From positions 352,001 to 416,000 of the forward strand of contig CAVXTP010000021.1 in assembly GCA_963764715.1 (NCBI GenBank): DNA of 64,000 bases. Reading direction: 5' to 3'. The position numbers and the translations under genes were made by a program. Shown one piece after another: positions 28,848 to 39,004 of this stretch. The notes under the pieces were generated by a model. It did not search any database. It saw only the letters and a list, made by a program, of their open reading frames with translations, and had not been told where the DNA came from. The DNA is from an uncultured Acidobacteriota bacterium. Lineage in GTDB: Bacteria; Acidobacteriota; Thermoanaerobaculia; UBA5066; Gp7-AA6. Position 1 is the first letter of the stretch. Each line of letters begins with the position of its first letter.

Positions 28848-29441
28848 ATGACGGAGAATCCACCGGCGCCCAGGCCTGAAGAGGTCACGGGTCTCCTGCG
28901 CGCCGCCGAGGCGGGCGACCGGGAGGCCCTGGACCGCGTGTTCTCCGTGCTTTACGGGGAGTTGCGTGCGATCGCCCACCGCCAGCTCCAGGGGGCTCCC
29001 GCCGAGCAGACCCTGTCGACGACCGCCCTCGTCCACGAGGCCTATCTCAAGCTTTCGCGCGGCGCGGGCTGGACGGCGAAGGACCGCCAGCACTTCTTCT
29101 CGCTCGCCGCGCGGGCGATGCGGATGATCCTCGTTGACCAGGCCCGCTCGCGCACCCGGCAGCGCCGCGGCTCCGGGAAACGGCCCCTCGATCTCGAGAA
29201 CGTCGAGATACCCGTCGAGGAGCGCGCCGCCGAGATCGTTGCGCTCGACGAGGCGCTCGTCCGGCTCGGAGAAGTCGACGGCGAGCTCGCGCAGATCGTC
29301 GAGTGGCGGTTCTTTGCCGGGCTCTCCGTGGAGGAGATCGCGGAGATGTCGGGCCGGTCGGAGCGGACGGTCAAGCGGCACTGGCAGGCGGCGCGGGCGT
29401 TTCTCTACCAGGAGCTCGCGGCGCCGGGATCGGAGGCGTGA
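28848..29441 (+). CDS. ECF sigma factor, TIGR02999 / ECF43-like (phosphorylation-activated type)
   Basis: EVTGLLRA...LYGELRAIAHRQL..QTLSTTALVHEAYLKL...HFFSLAARAMRMILVDQAR...RFFAGLSVEEIAE..SERTVKRHWQAARAFL. STTA replaces the usual DAED motif. Confidence 0.92.
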   Translation: MTENPPAPRPEEVTGLLRAAEAGDREALDRVFSVLYGELRAIAHRQLQGAPAEQTLSTTALVHEAYLKLSRGAGWTAKDRQHFFSLAARAMRMILVDQARSRTRQRRGSGKRPLDLENVEIPVEERAAEIVALDEALVRLGEVDGELAQIVEWRFFAGLSVEEIAEMSGRSERTVKRHWQAARAFLYQELAAPGSEA

Positions 29442-32209
29442 CCACCGGGGGGCGCTGGACCGAGGTCCGCGTGCTCTTCGAAGAGCTCGTCGAGGTTCCG
29501 GCCGAGGAACGCGAGCGCCGGATCGCGGCGCTGCCCGACCCGGACCTGGCCTCGCGTGTCGCACGCCTGCTCGCCGCGGACTCCGAGGCGGGGCGGTTCC
29601 TCGAGACGCCCGCCGTGGCCGTCGCGGGCGGCCTCTTCGACGGCCTCGCCGCCACCGAGAGCGAGGCGCCGCCTCCGGAGCGGATCGGCCCGTACCGGGT
29701 GCTCCGTCGGCTCGGCCGGGGAGGAATGGGGGAGGTGCTCCTCGCCGAGCGCGCGGACGGGCTCTTCGAGCAGAAGGTCGCGATCAAGCTGCTCCGGCGG
29801 GGGATGGCTTCCGACGAGGTCCTCGCGCGCTTCTCGCGCGAGCGCCGGATCCTCGCCCGTCTCGAGCACCCGCACATCGCGCGCCTCCTCGACGGCGGAG
29901 CGACGGAGGACGGGCGGCCGTACTTCGTCATGGAGCTCGTCGAGGGCGAGCCCATCACCGACTACTGCCGCACCCGTGACCTGTCCGTCGAGGAGCGGCT
30001 GCGCCTGCTCGAGGACTGCTGCGACGCCCTGGCGGCGGCGCACCGCAACCTCGTCGTGCATCGGGACCTCAAGCCCTCGAACGTGCTGGTGACCCGCGAC
30101 GGCGAGGTCAAGCTCCTCGACTTCGGCATCGCGAAGCTGCTCGGCCCCGAGGACACGGGCGAGGCCGCGGCCGAGACGCGGACGGAGCTGCGGCTGCTGA
30201 CGCCGGCCTACGCCGCCCCCGAGCAGATCTTCGGGGAGCCCGTCACGACGGCGACGGACGTGTGGGCGCTCGGCGCCCTGGCGTACGAGCTCCTGACCGG
30301 CACGCTGCCGCAGAAGCGGGAGAGCCGGTCGCCCTCCTCGCTCGCCGCGTCTGCCGCCGACGACGTGACGGAGCGCCCCAGCCAGCGCGTCGCCCGCGAG
30401 CCGCTCGCCGCACTGCCGCTCTCCGCGCCGAGGGAGGGAGACCGGCGGCGTCTCGTCAAGCGGCTGCGCGGCGATCTCGACAACGTCGTCCTGGCGGCGC
30501 TTCGCCGGGCGCCCGAGCGCCGCTACGGCTCGGTGACCGCGTTCGCCGGCGACCTGCGCCGCCACCGGGAGGGGCAGCCGGTCAAGGCGCGGCCGGACAC
30601 CGTCGGATATCGCGTCGGCAAGTTCGTCCGGCGCAACCGCGTCGTCGTCGCGGCCGGCATCCTCGTCATCGCGTCCCTCGTGGCGGGGCTCGCGGTCGCG
30701 GCGTGGCAGGCCCGGCGCGCCGAGGCGCACGCGAAGACCGCGGCGGCCGCGGCGCGGCGGGCCGAGAGCGTCAAGGAATTCCTGATCGGCCTCTTCGAGG
30801 TCGCCGATCCGGAGCAGGCCTCGGGCGGGTCGGTCACGGCCAGCGAGCTTCTCGACCAGGCCGGCCGCCGGCTCGAGACGGAGCTCTCCTCCGAGCCCGA
30901 CATCCAGGCGGACCTCCTCGAGGCCGTCGCCCGCATCGACCGGGGCCTCGGCCGGCTCGACACCGCCGGGGACCTCGCGAAGCGCTCGCTCGAGATTCGC
31001 CAGCGCATCCTGCCCTCGGGCGCCGCGGCCATCGGCCGGAGCCTCGCCACGCTCGGCGCCGTCAGCATGTCGAAGGGCCAGCTCGACGAGGCCGAGAAGC
31101 AGATCACCGCGGCGCTCGCGGTCCTGGAGAAGACCGAGCCGCCCGACAGCCTCGCCACGGCGCGCGCGAAGAGCGACTTCGCCCAGGTGCGCTTCTGGAA
31201 AGGCGACGCCATTCCGGCGGAGAAGATCGAGCGCGGCGTCTACGAGACCTACCGGCGCGTGCTGGGCGACGACAACGCGCAGACGGCGATGCACCTGCGC
31301 AACCTCGGCGTGCTTCTCGACGAGCTCGACCGGCTCGACGAGGCCGAGAAGGCGTACCGCGACTCTCAGGCCGTGCTGGTGAAGCGGCTCGGTCCGGACC
31401 ACGTCAACCTCGGGTACAGCTACCTGAACCTCGCGGTCCTGCTCGGGGGGCGGCGCAACCAGTCGGCCGAGGCGGAAGCGCTCTACAAGCGCACGCTCGA
31501 GATCCGCCGCAAAGCGCTCGGCCCGAAGCATCCGACGGTCGGCCAGGCGCTCCAGCTCTCCGGCCTCTTCTACCTGAACCAGGGGCGGCTCGAGGAGTCC
31601 GAGGCTGCCTACGGCGAGGCGCTGGCGCTCTTCTCCGGGATCGACCCGAAGCACTTCGAGGTCGGCAAGTGCAAGAACGGGCTCGCGCTCATCGCCTCCC
31701 GCCGCGGCCGCTACGCCGAGGCCGAGGCCACCATGGCGGAGGTCGAGGCCCTGTTCCGGGAGGTCCTCGGCGAGAAGCATCCCTTCACCTGGCAGGTCCG
31801 CGGAAACCGCGCATCGCAGATCGGGCTGCAGGGCCGGCTCGACGAGGAGGAGTCGCTCGAGCGCGAGGTCGCGGCGAAGCTCGAGGAGCTCAACGGCAAG
31901 GACTCGGGCGAGGCTCTGGACGCGCGCGCGCGGCTGGCGGAAACGCGGCGCAAGCGCGGGCACCCCGACGAGGCCTTGCCCGTGCATCGCGAGGTCCTCG
32001 CGGCCGTCGTCAAGATGGAGGGTGAGGACAGCACCTGGGTCTCACTGCTCCGCTACCAGGTCGCGGCGGACCTCCTCGCGGCGGGCAAACCGGAGGACCG
32101 GGCCGAGGCGAAGGCCTTGCTCGACCGTGCCCTCGCGGTGCTCGAGAAGCAATCGCCGCCGCACCAGCGACTCGCCGAGGTCCAGGCCCTCCGCAAGAGC
32201 GCCGGCTGA
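29438..32209 (+). CDS. Membrane Ser/Thr protein kinase with C-terminal TPR repeats (923 aa)
   Basis: GTG overlaps the sigma stop (GTGA). GRGGMG, VAIK, HRDLKPSN, DFGIAK and YAAPEQ motifs; TM helix VVVAAGILVIASLVAGLAVAAW; TPR-like helical repeats after it. Confidence 0.93.
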   Translation: MTTGGRWTEVRVLFEELVEVPAEERERRIAALPDPDLASRVARLLAADSEAGRFLETPAVAVAGGLFDGLAATESEAPPPERIGPYRVLRRLGRGGMGEVLLAERADGLFEQKVAIKLLRRGMASDEVLARFSRERRILARLEHPHIARLLDGGATEDGRPYFVMELVEGEPITDYCRTRDLSVEERLRLLEDCCDALAAAHRNLVVHRDLKPSNVLVTRDGEVKLLDFGIAKLLGPEDTGEAAAETRTELRLLTPAYAAPEQIFGEPVTTATDVWALGALAYELLTGTLPQKRESRSPSSLAASAADDVTERPSQRVAREPLAALPLSAPREGDRRRLVKRLRGDLDNVVLAALRRAPERRYGSVTAFAGDLRRHREGQPVKARPDTVGYRVGKFVRRNRVVVAAGILVIASLVAGLAVAAWQARRAEAHAKTAAAAARRAESVKEFLIGLFEVADPEQASGGSVTASELLDQAGRRLETELSSEPDIQADLLEAVARIDRGLGRLDTAGDLAKRSLEIRQRILPSGAAAIGRSLATLGAVSMSKGQLDEAEKQITAALAVLEKTEPPDSLATARAKSDFAQVRFWKGDAIPAEKIERGVYETYRRVLGDDNAQTAMHLRNLGVLLDELDRLDEAEKAYRDSQAVLVKRLGPDHVNLGYSYLNLAVLLGGRRNQSAEAEALYKRTLEIRRKALGPKHPTVGQALQLSGLFYLNQGRLEESEAAYGEALALFSGIDPKHFEVGKCKNGLALIASRRGRYAEAEATMAEVEALFREVLGEKHPFTWQVRGNRASQIGLQGRLDEEESLEREVAAKLEELNGKDSGEALDARARLAETRRKRGHPDEALPVHREVLAAVVKMEGEDSTWVSLLRYQVAADLLAAGKPEDRAEAKALLDRALAVLEKQSPPHQRLAEVQALRKSAG

Positions 32210-32218
32210 GGCTCCGCT

Positions 32219-34504
32219 CTACGGGAGCCCCAGCGCCTTGACGAGAAACGTCGCCATCTGCCCCCGCGTGTTCGGGCTCGAGGGACAGTAGACCGTCCCG
32301 TTGCCGCAGCCGGATGTCACGAATTCGAACTTGAGCTGCTCGACCCAGTTGGCGAAGAGGGAGGGGCACGGAACGTCGGCGAAGATCCCGCTGCAGGCGG
32401 GGGCCTGGTAGCTCGAGCCGTGGAGCGCCTTCAGGAGAAAGGGCGCCATCTGGTCGCGGCGGACCGTCGACGTCGGACAGAAATTGCCGCCGCCGCAGCC
32501 ACCCGTGATGCCCTCCGCGAAGAGCGCCTCGATCCAGTCGGCGAAAGGGGACGGGCACGGCACGTCGGCGAAGAGGCCGGGCGGCGCACAGGGCGGAGGC
32601 GTGTAGCACAGCCCGTGCTTGGCCTTCAGCAGGAACACCGCCATCGCCTGGCGCTTGACGGGATCGGAGACGCCGTACAGGCCGCCTCCGATACCGACGG
32701 TGACCTCGTTGGCCACGAGCTTGACGATGTCGCCGTGAAACGGATCCGCGGGCGGGACGTCCGAGAAATCGGCGACCCACCCATTGTCGAGCGTGCCCGA
32801 CAGGCCGCCGGGGTTCGTCACCACGACGTCGTGGATGCTGCCCGCCGGCTTGGCCGGAAACGTGGCGGTGATCGTGTAGGGCGGCGTGACGACGACGCTC
32901 GAAGCGGCTTCGCCGCCGACGGAGACCGTCGCGCCGGCCTCGAACCCCTGACCGAAAAGCGTCACGCTGCCGCCGGACGGAGGGCCCGAGCGGGGATCGA
33001 CCTTGAGCAGGAGGGACAGCGAGTTCTCCGACGTGTTGCCGTCCGGGTCGGTGGCCATCGCCGTGATGCCCTGGCCGACCGTCAGCGGCGCGGCGAGAAT
33101 GTAGTCGATCGTCGCGTTGCCCGAAGCGTTCGTGGTGACCTGCGTCGAACCGACGTAGTCCTGGGCCTGCGGGAAGGCCGTGGGCCGGACCACGCAGGCC
33201 GGATTCGCGTAGAAGTCGACGTCGAAGGTCGTCGACGGCGTGCTGTTGAACGAAGCGTGGACGACGGTCGGCGGACCGTAGTCGACGCCCGTGATCATGG
33301 GCGAATTCTGGAGGTTGTTGGCCCCGGTGTCGGCGTCGCCCGGATCGTTGGGCGCAGGGGCCGCCCACTCCGGCGCGAAGCCGCGCGACACGTTGCCGTA
33401 GATGCGGTTCCCCCGCACCGTGACGCGGTTGCTGCTGAAGCTCAGGATCGTGACTCCGACCGGATACCAGCCTGGCCGGCCGCCGTTGAAGGCGACGACG
33501 TTGCCTTCCCCCGGAGCGATGCCGCCGACGAGCGCGCCGTCGCCGTCGTGCAACGGGGAGACGATCATCCCTCCGGCGCGGTTCCCGAGGTTGCGGGTCC
33601 CGCTCGCGTCCGTTCCGACGATGTTGCCTTGGACGGCGATGAGCCCCGCGCGGTTGCCGACACTGACCCCGAGGCTCGCGTTGCCGCTGATGATGTTGCC
33701 TTCCCCCGGAGCACTGCCTCCGATCTGGATCGGCTGGTCGCCGGTCCCGGCGGCGATGCCGATGCCGTTGGGAAGGGACACCGTCACGGTCCGGTCCGTC
33801 CCGATGATGTTTCCCCGGATCACGGCCGTGGGTATGTCGTCGACGGTCTCGACGATGGCGATGCCGGTCCCGTCGGCGTTCATCTCCTCGACGTTGTTGC
33901 CGGAGATCAGGTTCCGGTCTGCGGGAAGGGGTCCGCCGATCTGGTGGCCGACCCCTCCGAAAACGTAGATGCCGCGAATCTGCCGGGTCACCCCGATTCC
34001 GCGGGGCACGGACAGTCCGTCGGGCGCCGTCCCGATGTAGTTGCCGGCGATCTTGATCCCGTCGCCCGCGCCCGGGTCGACCCAGATTCCGGCGATGTAG
34101 CAGCGGTTGATGGCGAGGCCTCGAACGACGGTGCCGCCGGCCGAGATGCGGAGGCCGACGGAGCTCAGCGCGAGCGGCAGAGGCTGTCCGCTGATCTCGA
34201 TCGTCAGGATGGCGTTGGTTCCCTGGGGAAAGGCGAGGGTATTGGGCGAGGACCCCGCCTGCGTGTAGCCGTCGATCGTCGTCGTCTCCGTGATCGTCGG
34301 CAGGGGCGTCAGAAGCGAGATGGTGTGGACGCCGGAGCCCGGGATCGCGAACTGGATCGTGTGCGGACCGGCGCTCGAGGCCGTGTCGGAGATGGCCTGC
34401 CGCAGCGACCCGGCACCCGAGTCGGCGGTCGTCGTCACGGTGAACGTCGCGGCGACCAACGGCGTCGCGAGGCAGAGAGAGACGATCGCGATCGGAATGC
34501 GCAT
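32219..34504 (-). CDS. Array gene 11: secreted beta-helix/IPT/SLH protein (761 aa)
   Basis: Signal peptide MRIPIAIVSLCLA and full family architecture; convergent with the kinase. Confidence 0.9.
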   Translation of the reverse strand: MRIPIAIVSLCLATPLVAATFTVTTTADSGAGSLRQAISDTASSAGPHTIQFAIPGSGVHTISLLTPLPTITETTTIDGYTQAGSSPNTLAFPQGTNAILTIEISGQPLPLALSSVGLRISAGGTVVRGLAINRCYIAGIWVDPGAGDGIKIAGNYIGTAPDGLSVPRGIGVTRQIRGIYVFGGVGHQIGGPLPADRNLISGNNVEEMNADGTGIAIVETVDDIPTAVIRGNIIGTDRTVTVSLPNGIGIAAGTGDQPIQIGGSAPGEGNIISGNASLGVSVGNRAGLIAVQGNIVGTDASGTRNLGNRAGGMIVSPLHDGDGALVGGIAPGEGNVVAFNGGRPGWYPVGVTILSFSSNRVTVRGNRIYGNVSRGFAPEWAAPAPNDPGDADTGANNLQNSPMITGVDYGPPTVVHASFNSTPSTTFDVDFYANPACVVRPTAFPQAQDYVGSTQVTTNASGNATIDYILAAPLTVGQGITAMATDPDGNTSENSLSLLLKVDPRSGPPSGGSVTLFGQGFEAGATVSVGGEAASSVVVTPPYTITATFPAKPAGSIHDVVVTNPGGLSGTLDNGWVADFSDVPPADPFHGDIVKLVANEVTVGIGGGLYGVSDPVKRQAMAVFLLKAKHGLCYTPPPCAPPGLFADVPCPSPFADWIEALFAEGITGGCGGGNFCPTSTVRRDQMAPFLLKALHGSSYQAPACSGIFADVPCPSLFANWVEQLKFEFVTSGCGNGTVYCPSSPNTRGQMATFLVKALGLP

Positions 34505-34520
34505 GGGAACGAGTCCTCCT

Positions 34521-36752
34521 TCAGGGAAGGCGAAGGGCCTTCACCAGGAAAGTCGCCATCTGGCCGCGGTTGTTCGGGTTCGAGGGACAGTAGTTGCCGC
34601 CGCCGCAGCCGGACGTCACGTACTCGATCGAGAGCTGCTCGACCCAGTCCGCGAAGAGGGACGGGCAGGGCACGTCGGCGAAGATGCCGCTGCAACTCGG
34701 CGGAACGTAGGTCGGGCCGTGGACGGCCTTGAGGAGAAACGGCGCCATCTGGTCTCGGCGCACGACGTCGAGCGGGCAGAACTTGCCGCCGCCGCAGCCG
34801 CCGGTGATGCCCTCGGCGGCCATCGCCTCGATCCAGTCGGCGTACTGCGACGGGCAGGGCACGTCGCTGTAGGTCCCGGGCGGCGTGCACGCGGGCGGCG
34901 TGTAGCAGACGCCGTGCTCGGCCTTCAGCACGAAGACGGCCATGGCCTGCCGCTTCACCGGATTGTCCACGCCGTAGAGGCCGCTGCCGATCCCGGCCGT
35001 GACCTGGTTGGCGACGAGCTTGACGACGTCGTCGTGGAACTGATTGGCCGGCGGAACGTCGAGAAAATCGGCGATGTAGCCGTTGCGAAGCGTTCCGGAG
35101 ACGCCCCCCGGATTCGTGACGACGACGTCGTGGGCCGTTCCCGCTCCGAATGCCGGCATGTCCGCCGTGATCGAGTACGGCGGCGTCACGACGACGTTCG
35201 AAGCCGCGACGCCGCCGACCGAGACGGTCGCGCCGGCCGCGAGGAGCTGCCCCTCGAGCGTGACGCTGCCGCCGCCCGCCGCCGGACCGGAGCGGGGCGC
35301 GGCTTTCAGCAGGATCGTCTGGGAAAACTCCGACGTGTTGCCGGAAGGATCCGTGGCGATCGCCGTAACGAGCCCTCCCGGGGAGAGGGGCGAGGGCAGC
35401 GTGTAGTCGATCGCGACGACGCCCGACGCGTCCGTCGTCTTCTGGACGCTTCCGACCCGCACTTCGCCCTGCGTGGAGAGCACGGGAAACGCGACGCAGC
35501 TCGTGCTGGCGTAGAAGTCGACGTCGAATGTCGTCGAAGGCGTGCTGCTGAGCACGAAGTGCGCGACGGTCGGGGGCCCGTAGTCGATCCCGGTCAACAC
35601 GGGAGCGTTCTGGCGTCCGTTCGGCCCGATGTCTCCGTCGCCGGGATCCGCCGGGTGTGGCGGATCGAGGCCGAGCGCGATGGCCACGGGCCGGTTGTCG
35701 TAGAAGAGGTTGCCGCGCGCCGTGATCTGGCCGCTCGAACCCGACATGAGGAATCCGGCCGGGTAACTGAAGGGGCCGCCCAGCCCGTTGTGCGCGATGA
35801 CGTTGCCTTCACCCGGGCCAAGGCCGCCGAGGACGCCCGTGAACGGTTGACCGCTCGAGTCCATCGAGACGCCGTTGCCGAGGTTGGCCAGGTTCGCGGT
35901 CTGCGTCGGGTTGGTGCCGACGAAGTTCCCCTGGAAGGTCGAAAACCGGCCGTAGAATCCGACCGCGAGGCTTCCCCCGATCACGTTGCCCTCGTTCGCT
36001 CCCGGCCCGCCGATCTGGACTCCGTGCTTCGACGGGCAATACACGCCCATCCCGTTGGTGATGACATAAGACACGGTGGCGTCCGTTCCGATGAGATTCC
36101 CCTGTACCTTGCCGGCGACGTTGTACTCGAGGTAGACGCCGGCCAGGCCCGGATTTCCGGAGATGAGGTTCCGGTCCGCGGGGTCGGGTCCGCCGACCTG
36201 GACGTTGATGGGCGGCTCGTTGCCGAGCGTGCCGAGAGCGAAGACTCCCCAACGCTGGGATGACCCGTCGCCGACCGGCGTTCCCGCCGGCGTCGTGCCG
36301 AGGAAGTTGCCGGTGACCGTCAGGTTCCCTTTGTTGTAGATCGCTCCGTCGCCACACCGGTTGATCACGAGACCCCGGATGTGCGCGTCGGTTGTTTCGA
36401 GCTCCCAGCACGACGCGAGCGAAACGGCCGCCCCGTTGATCTCCACGTTGAGCACGGCGTTGGTCCCCTGCGCCAGCGGCAGCGTGTTGGGGGAGGAGCC
36501 TGGCTGCGTGTATCCGTCCACGGTGATCGGGCCGAACGCCTTCGGAAGCCACGTCGTCAGCGCGATCGTGTGGACGCCCGCACCCGGGATGTTGAAGTGG
36601 ATCGTGTCGGCCCCGGGCGCGGCCTCCGCGTCGAGGATCGCCTGGCGGAGCGACCCCGGGCCGGTGTCGGCGGTCGTCGTCACGGTGAAGGTCGCGGCCG
36701 GAGCCGACGCTGCGGCGGACAGGGCGAGAACGAGGACGGCAGGAAGTCGCAT
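34521..36752 (-). CDS. Array gene 12: secreted beta-helix/IPT/SLH protein (743 aa)
   Basis: C-terminal part of ORF 34521..41486; start MRLPAVLVLALS at 36752 after RBS AAGGAG. Confidence 0.9.
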   Translation of the reverse strand: MRLPAVLVLALSAAASAPAATFTVTTTADTGPGSLRQAILDAEAAPGADTIHFNIPGAGVHTIALTTWLPKAFGPITVDGYTQPGSSPNTLPLAQGTNAVLNVEINGAAVSLASCWELETTDAHIRGLVINRCGDGAIYNKGNLTVTGNFLGTTPAGTPVGDGSSQRWGVFALGTLGNEPPINVQVGGPDPADRNLISGNPGLAGVYLEYNVAGKVQGNLIGTDATVSYVITNGMGVYCPSKHGVQIGGPGANEGNVIGGSLAVGFYGRFSTFQGNFVGTNPTQTANLANLGNGVSMDSSGQPFTGVLGGLGPGEGNVIAHNGLGGPFSYPAGFLMSGSSGQITARGNLFYDNRPVAIALGLDPPHPADPGDGDIGPNGRQNAPVLTGIDYGPPTVAHFVLSSTPSTTFDVDFYASTSCVAFPVLSTQGEVRVGSVQKTTDASGVVAIDYTLPSPLSPGGLVTAIATDPSGNTSEFSQTILLKAAPRSGPAAGGGSVTLEGQLLAAGATVSVGGVAASNVVVTPPYSITADMPAFGAGTAHDVVVTNPGGVSGTLRNGYIADFLDVPPANQFHDDVVKLVANQVTAGIGSGLYGVDNPVKRQAMAVFVLKAEHGVCYTPPACTPPGTYSDVPCPSQYADWIEAMAAEGITGGCGGGKFCPLDVVRRDQMAPFLLKAVHGPTYVPPSCSGIFADVPCPSLFADWVEQLSIEYVTSGCGGGNYCPSNPNNRGQMATFLVKALRLP

Positions 36753-36766
36753 CGTGAATTTCTCCT

Positions 36767-38995
36767 TTAGGGGAGCCGGAGCGCCTTGACGAGAAAGGTC
36801 GCCATCTGTCCCCGCGTGTTGGGGCTGGCCGGACAGTACACCGTGCCGTTGCCGCAGCCGGTCGTGACGTTTTCGGCCTTCAGCTGTTCGATCCAGTCCG
36901 CGAAGAGCGACGGGCAGACGACGTCGGCGAAAATGCCGCTGCACCGCGGCGGCACGTACTGCGGCCCGTGCACGGCCTTGAGAAGAAACGGCGCCATCTG
37001 GTCCCGCCGGACGGTGTTCGTCGGGCAGAAGTTCCCGCCGCCGCATCCGCCGGTGATCCCCTCGGCGGCCATGGCCTCGATCCAGTCGGCGAAGGGCGAC
37101 GGGCAGGGCACGTCGGCGAAGAGCCCGGGCGGCGCGCACGGGGGCGGGGTGTAGCAGACGCCGTGCTCCGCCTTGAGGACGAAGACCGCCATGGCCTGGC
37201 GCTTGACGGGATCGTTGACGCCGTAGAGGCCCCCGCCGATCCCGACCGTGACCTCGCTCGCCACGAGCTTGACGATGTCGTCGTGGAAGAGGTTTGCTGC
37301 CGGGACGTCGAGGAAGTCGGCGACGTAGCCGTTCGCGAGGCTGCCGGTCAGGCCGCCGGGGTTGGTCACGGCCACGTCGTGGACGGTGCCGGGCGGAAAC
37401 GCCGGCATGTCGGCCGTGATCGTGTAGGGCGGCGTCCCGACGACGTTCGAGGGGGCGAGCCCGCCGACGTCGACCGTGGCCCCGGCCTGGAGGAGCTGGC
37501 CCGACAGCGTCACGCTGCCTCCGCCCGCGGCCGGGCCCGAGCGCGGCGCGGTCTTCAGCAGGATGGTCTGCGAGAACTCCGAGGTGTTCCCGGCGGGGTC
37601 GGTGGCGAGCGCCGCCACGCCCTGGCCGGCGAGGAGGGGAGAGGGAAGCGTGAAGTCGATGGTCGCGAGGCCCGACGCGTCGGTCGTCGCCTGGACGGTT
37701 CCGACCATTTCCTCGCCCTCGGCATACGCCGTTGGCCGCGCGGCGCAGAGGAGGTTGGCGTAGAAGTCGACGTCGAACGTCGTCGACGGCGTGCTGCTCA
37801 GGACGGCGTGCGCGACGGTCGGCGGGCCATAGTCGATCCCGGTGATGACCGGCGCGTTCTGAAGACCGTTCGGCCCGGTGTCCGCGTCGCCCGGGTCGGC
37901 GGGGTTCGGCGGATTGATCCCGAGGGAGATCCCGACGGGCCCGTTGCCGTAGAAACGGTTGCCCCGGGCGTTGACGCTTCCGCCGGTGATGACGAGCCCG
38001 CCGGGGTAGCCGCTGACGCCGCCCCCGCCGTTCCAGGCGAAGACGTTGCCTTCGCCTGGCCCGAGTCCTCCGACGGAGCCGCCGCCGACGTTGCCCGTCA
38101 CCAGACCGCCGCCGAGGTTGCCGAGGGCCCGGTCCTCCGCGGCGTTGGTGCCGACGAAGTTGCCCTGGAAGACCTCGAGAGTCCCGAACATGCCGGCGGA
38201 CAGGCTGCCGGCGATCACGTTGCCTTCGTTCGGGCCGGGGCCGCCCACGTGCGGCGGCGGCGTGGCTCCGCTGAAGACGCCGATGCCGTTGGAGATCGCG
38301 TAGGACGCGGTCGCGTCGACGCCGATGAGGTTTCCCTGAAGAGTCATGTGCGTGTAGAACTGGGCCCGGACGCCCTCGGAGAGCTGGAACGATGTGTGGC
38401 CCGAGATGAGGTTGCGGTCCGCGGGGTTCGGTCCTCCGACGACGACCTCCGTCGTCGCGGGTTCGGACTGGGCGCCCAGGGCGTAGATCCCGCGGTTCTG
38501 GCGCGAGCCGTCGGTGAGCGGGCCCCCCTGCGGCGTCGTTCCGAGGAAGTTGCCGGCGATCGTGACCGAGCCCGTGACCTGGATCGTTCCAATCGGGCAG
38601 CGGTTGATCGTGAGGCCCTGGATGCGGCCGCCGCCGGCGGCCCAGGTCAGACACGGCTCCAGCGTGACGGCCGCGCCGCTGACCTCGATGTTCAGGACGG
38701 CGTTCGTGCCCTGCGCGAGCGGCAGGGTGTTCGGCGAGGAGCCGGGCTGCGTGTAGCCGTCGATCGTCGCGATGTCCGTCACGGCGGGCAGCGCCGAGGC
38801 GATCACGAGGGTGTGCACGCCCGGTCCCGGGACGTCGAACGCGATGACGTCGGCGCCCCCCGCGGCATTCGCGTCGAGGATCGCCTGGCGGAGCGACCCC
38901 GCGCCCGAATCGCTCACGTTCGTGACGGTGAACGTGGCGGCGGCCGCGGGGACCGAGGCGGCGAGCAGAGCGGCGGCGAGTTTGGAGGGGCGCAA
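36767..38995 (-). CDS. Array gene 13: secreted beta-helix/IPT/SLH protein (742 aa)
   Basis: TTG start after RBS GGGAGG; full family architecture. Confidence 0.9.
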   Translation of the reverse strand: MRPSKLAAALLAASVPAAAATFTVTNVSDSGAGSLRQAILDANAAGGADVIAFDVPGPGVHTLVIASALPAVTDIATIDGYTQPGSSPNTLPLAQGTNAVLNIEVSGAAVTLEPCLTWAAGGGRIQGLTINRCPIGTIQVTGSVTIAGNFLGTTPQGGPLTDGSRQNRGIYALGAQSEPATTEVVVGGPNPADRNLISGHTSFQLSEGVRAQFYTHMTLQGNLIGVDATASYAISNGIGVFSGATPPPHVGGPGPNEGNVIAGSLSAGMFGTLEVFQGNFVGTNAAEDRALGNLGGGLVTGNVGGGSVGGLGPGEGNVFAWNGGGGVSGYPGGLVITGGSVNARGNRFYGNGPVGISLGINPPNPADPGDADTGPNGLQNAPVITGIDYGPPTVAHAVLSSTPSTTFDVDFYANLLCAARPTAYAEGEEMVGTVQATTDASGLATIDFTLPSPLLAGQGVAALATDPAGNTSEFSQTILLKTAPRSGPAAGGGSVTLSGQLLQAGATVDVGGLAPSNVVGTPPYTITADMPAFPPGTVHDVAVTNPGGLTGSLANGYVADFLDVPAANLFHDDIVKLVASEVTVGIGGGLYGVNDPVKRQAMAVFVLKAEHGVCYTPPPCAPPGLFADVPCPSPFADWIEAMAAEGITGGCGGGNFCPTNTVRRDQMAPFLLKAVHGPQYVPPRCSGIFADVVCPSLFADWIEQLKAENVTTGCGNGTVYCPASPNTRGQMATFLVKALRLP

Positions 38996-39004
38996 GAGAC
39001 CTCC

